DNA of 64,000 nucleotides from Bacteroidales bacterium UBA3843 (GTDB lineage Bacteria; Bacteroidota; Bacteroidia; Bacteroidales; Paludibacteraceae): NCBI GenBank assembly GCA_002392745.1, contig DGHR01000003.1, positions 65,154 to 129,153 of the forward strand, read 5' to 3'. Shown piece by piece: positions 61,520 to 64,000 of this stretch (position 1 is its first letter; each line of letters starts with the position of its first letter). The notes under the pieces were generated by a model. It saw only the letters and a program-made list of their open reading frames with translations, ran no database searches and was not told where the DNA came from. The position numbers and the translations under genes were made by a program.

Positions 61520-63076
61520 TTACAATGGAATATTTGAATGTTTCTTGAGCGGGTTGGTCAAGCGCTTTGTTTGTAGCATTTCGAATGCACGGATAATACG
61601 GGCACGAGTGTTTCGAGGTTCGATAACATCATCGATATAACCGCGATTGGCTGCTTGGTATGGGCTGGCAAACAGGTCTTTGTATTCGGCCTCTTTCTCC
61701 GCAATGAATTTCTTCTTTTCTTCCGGATCTTCAATAGCTTTGATTGCTTTTGCCTGAAGTACACCCACAGCACCGCTTGCACCCATTACTGCGATTTCCG
61801 CATTCGGCCATGCATAGCACATATCGCCACGAAGTTGCTTGCAGCTCATCACAATATGGCTGCCACCGTATGACTTGCGAACGGTGATTGTAACCTTCGG
61901 TACGGTTGCTTCGCCGTATGCAAACATCAGTTTTGCACCGTGATCGATAATGCCAGCATACTCTTGACCTGTACCGCACAAGAATCCCGGAACATCAACC
62001 AATGTTAGAATCTGGATGTTGAATGCGTCGCAGAAACGGACAAATCGGGCTGCCTTGCGGCTGGCATCACAGTCAAGCACACCGGCCAACCAACTCGGTT
62101 GGTTAGCGATAATACCGGTGGAACGGCCATTGAAACGCGCGAAACCGCAGATGACATTCTTTGCATAGTCCTTATGAACTTCCATGAAGTCGCCATTATC
62201 CACAATGGTAGTGATAATCTGTTTCATGTCATAAGGTTTATTGGGGTCTGCCGGTACTATTTCGTTCAAGATATCATCCACACGTGTAATGTCGTCTGTA
62301 CATTCAACAACCGGAGCTTCTTCCATATTGTTTTGCGGGATGAAGCTAACCAAACGGCGAACCTCTGCCAAAGCTTCCTCTTCGGTAGCTGCGACAAAAT
62401 GCGTAACACCGGATTTGGAGGCATGGATTTTAGCACCACCCAGTTGCTCTACAGTAACATCCTCTCCGGTCACGGCTTTTACTACCTTTGGACCAGTGAT
62501 GAACATATAACTGTTCTGCTCTGTCATCATAATGAAATCAGTCAGAGCCGGGCTATACACTGCGCCGCCGGCACACGGACCGAAAATCACACTGATTTGC
62601 GGCACAACGCCCGAAGCGAGAATATTACGCTCGAAGATTTCTGCATATCCTGCAAGTGCACATGCACCCTCCTGAATACGTGCTCCGCCCGAGTCATTAA
62701 GACCGATTATAGGCGCACCCAACTTCATGGCTTGATCCATTACATTGCATATTTTCAGCGCCATTGTCTCGCTTAACGAACCACCAATGACAGTGGCATC
62801 TTGTGCGAAGACAAACACCAGTCGGCCGTCAATAGTACCCGAGCCGACTGCTACACCGTCCCCCAGGAACACCTTTTTCTCCATTCCAAAGTCATGGCAA
62901 CGGTGTGTAAGGAACATGTTTACTTCCTCAAACGAACCTTCGTCCAGCAACATATTAATGCGCTCGCGTGCCGTGTAACTACCTTTTGCATGGTGTTTTT
63001 CCACAGCTGCTTCGCCGCCACCTGCCATCGCTTTTTCGCGGTTCTCTATTAATTTGTCTAATTTTGCCTGATCCAT
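61520..63076 (-). CDS. methylmalonyl-CoA carboxyltransferase (acyl-CoA carboxylase beta-type; MmdA-like)
   Basis: 518 aa. It shows the two-domain crotonase-like carboxyltransferase pattern (GGARIQEG, VIFGPCAGGAVYSPALTDF, RKSYGG). Confidence 0.95.
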   Translation of the reverse strand: MDQAKLDKLIENREKAMAGGGEAAVEKHHAKGSYTARERINMLLDEGSFEEVNMFLTHRCHDFGMEKKVFLGDGVAVGSGTIDGRLVFVFAQDATVIGGSLSETMALKICNVMDQAMKLGAPIIGLNDSGGARIQEGACALAGYAEIFERNILASGVVPQISVIFGPCAGGAVYSPALTDFIMMTEQNSYMFITGPKVVKAVTGEDVTVEQLGGAKIHASKSGVTHFVAATEEEALAEVRRLVSFIPQNNMEEAPVVECTDDITRVDDILNEIVPADPNKPYDMKQIITTIVDNGDFMEVHKDYAKNVICGFARFNGRSTGIIANQPSWLAGVLDCDASRKAARFVRFCDAFNIQILTLVDVPGFLCGTGQEYAGIIDHGAKLMFAYGEATVPKVTITVRKSYGGSHIVMSCKQLRGDMCYAWPNAEIAVMGASGAVGVLQAKAIKAIEDPEEKKKFIAEKEAEYKDLFASPYQAANRGYIDDVIEPRNTRARIIRAFEMLQTKRLTNPLKKHSNIPL

Positions 63077-63114
63077 AATTTATTTACAATTTTGTATTTA
63101 CGATATATGGATTT

Positions 63115-63528
63115 TTATTGCGGTTGCTGGCACAACTCAGTCAGCACACCCTTTGTACTCTTCGGATGAAGGAATGCAATCATCAGATTTTCTGCACCTT
63201 TACGGGGAGCTTTGTCGATCAATTGCAGACCAGCAGCCTCTGCTTCTGCCAATGCCTCAGCTACGTTCTCAACATTGAATGCTACATGGTGTACTCCACC
63301 GCGGCCGCCGTTCTTTTCAATGAACTTGGCAATGGTCGATTCAGGGCAGGTAGGCTCCAATAACTCGATTTTAACCTCTCCGACTTTAAAGAAAGCGGTT
63401 TTGACTTTTTGGTCGGCTACCTCTTCAATGCTGTAGCATTTGCTACCGGTTAAAAACTCAAAGAACGGCATTGCTTCCTCCAGCGAGGTTACAGCAATAC
63501 CCAAATGCTCAATGTGTGTTGGTTTCAT
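63115..63528 (-). CDS. mce: methylmalonyl-CoA epimerase (VOC family)
   Basis: 137 aa. IEHLGIAV...HHVAF...LHPKSTKGVLTEL is typical of epimerases. It is the first gene of the decarboxylase operon. Confidence 0.9.
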   Translation of the reverse strand: MKPTHIEHLGIAVTSLEEAMPFFEFLTGSKCYSIEEVADQKVKTAFFKVGEVKIELLEPTCPESTIAKFIEKNGGRGGVHHVAFNVENVAEALAEAEAAGLQLIDKAPRKGAENLMIAFLHPKSTKGVLTELCQQPQ

Positions 63529-63613
63529 AAAGAAAATGAAATTTAGTTGTGCCTTTTTACAGGCAATAAAACATATTTATGGAGTAATTGTATTAAATAT
63601 CCAAAAAACGGCA

Positions 63614-63621
63614 CAAAGTTA
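63614..63621 (-). promoter_or_regulatory. candidate -7 box (TAacTTTG) of the epimerase/decarboxylase operon
   Basis: The reverse complement of caaagtta, about 86 nt upstream of the ATG at 63528. Confidence 0.4.
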
Positions 63622-63703
63622 ATACTTTTTTTCGGAATAAACAAATTTTGTCTGTAAAAAAATTTTTTTATTGCAAATTCTTGCGTATGTCGCAAAAAAG
63701 TAG

Positions 63704-63711
63704 TACCTTTG
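63704..63711 (+). promoter_or_regulatory. candidate -7 box (TAccTTTG) for rho
   Basis: aaaaaagtagtacctttg, 100 nt upstream of the ATG at 63811. Confidence 0.4.
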
Positions 63712-63810
63712 CCGCGGATTTAGGAAGAATACTCATTCTGCCTGTCCGCATTCGCAGAGGTGTATACCTCAAACTATACCCACCCAAGATTCATACACTT
63801 TATATTATTT

Positions 63811-64000
63811 ATGCAATACGAATTACAAAAACTCGAGCGTATGTCGCTCGACGAGGTACGTGAGATTGCGCTTCAGATGGGACTTACTCCCCGTCGTTCA
63901 CAATCATTGCGTGAGATCAGTTATGCTATTTTAGATGCCCAAGCCGACAACCGTGCCGCACAAGCTCAGGCCAAAGAAGATGCCCGTTTGGCTGCCGGTA
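63811..64000 (+). CDS. rho: transcription termination factor Rho, N-terminal fragment (continues beyond the window)
   Basis: MQYELQKLERMSLDEVREIALQMGLTPRRSQSLREISYAILDAQ matches the Rho_N helical domain, and a low-complexity linker begins after it. This ORF is not in the supplied track because it has no stop inside the window. Confidence 0.75.
   Translation, partial: MQYELQKLERMSLDEVREIALQMGLTPRRSQSLREISYAILDAQADNRAAQAQAKEDARLAAG

Overview
This 64-kb window looks like chromosome from a Bacteroidales-type bacterium. Recurrent TAnnTTTG promoter boxes, tight gene spacing without Shine-Dalgarno spacers, a V-type ATPase operon containing a DUF2764 gene, a Na+-pumping methylmalonyl-CoA decarboxylase operon and T9SS-like C-terminal tails all point that way. 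I support about 46 protein genes, RNase P RNA and tRNA-Gly(CCC). Housekeeping content includes gyrA, ruvX, def, mntP, cinA, fabD, lon, ispE and the start of rho, plus a GH13 amylase, a YihY-family protein and a complete type III restriction-modification pair (mod/res).

The items most worth follow-up are:
- A terminator-bounded locus (35.2-47.1 kb) holds a membrane-embedded AraC-type regulator, a single 3,351-aa secreted protein of mostly unrecognisable sequence, and a 151-aa partner ORF starting 6 nt after its stop. The partner has a signal peptide and a PEP-CTERM-like C-terminal anchor.
- A 766-aa M6-type secreted metalloprotease gene sits between the V-ATPase A and B subunit genes, with 13-nt and 7-nt gaps. 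It shares a Listeria-Bacteroides repeat and a C-terminal tail with the giant protein.
- A composite repeat of about 160 bp occurs in inverted orientation at 5.2 kb and 51.8 kb. It carries iteron-like G-rich 11-mers, 8-mer tandems and paired GTATATAC palindromes, and the pair brackets 46.4 kb of core genes.
- An AAE-family transporter is fused in frame to PD40 and OmpA domains.
- The mod gene has a sharply AT-rich central cassette.
- A 0.9-kb gene-poor control region next to an XRE regulator carries palindromes and phased TTCACA repeats.

All functional calls come from motif recognition by eye; no database search was possible. The very long antisense ORFs in the track are codon-aligned shadow frames and were rejected.
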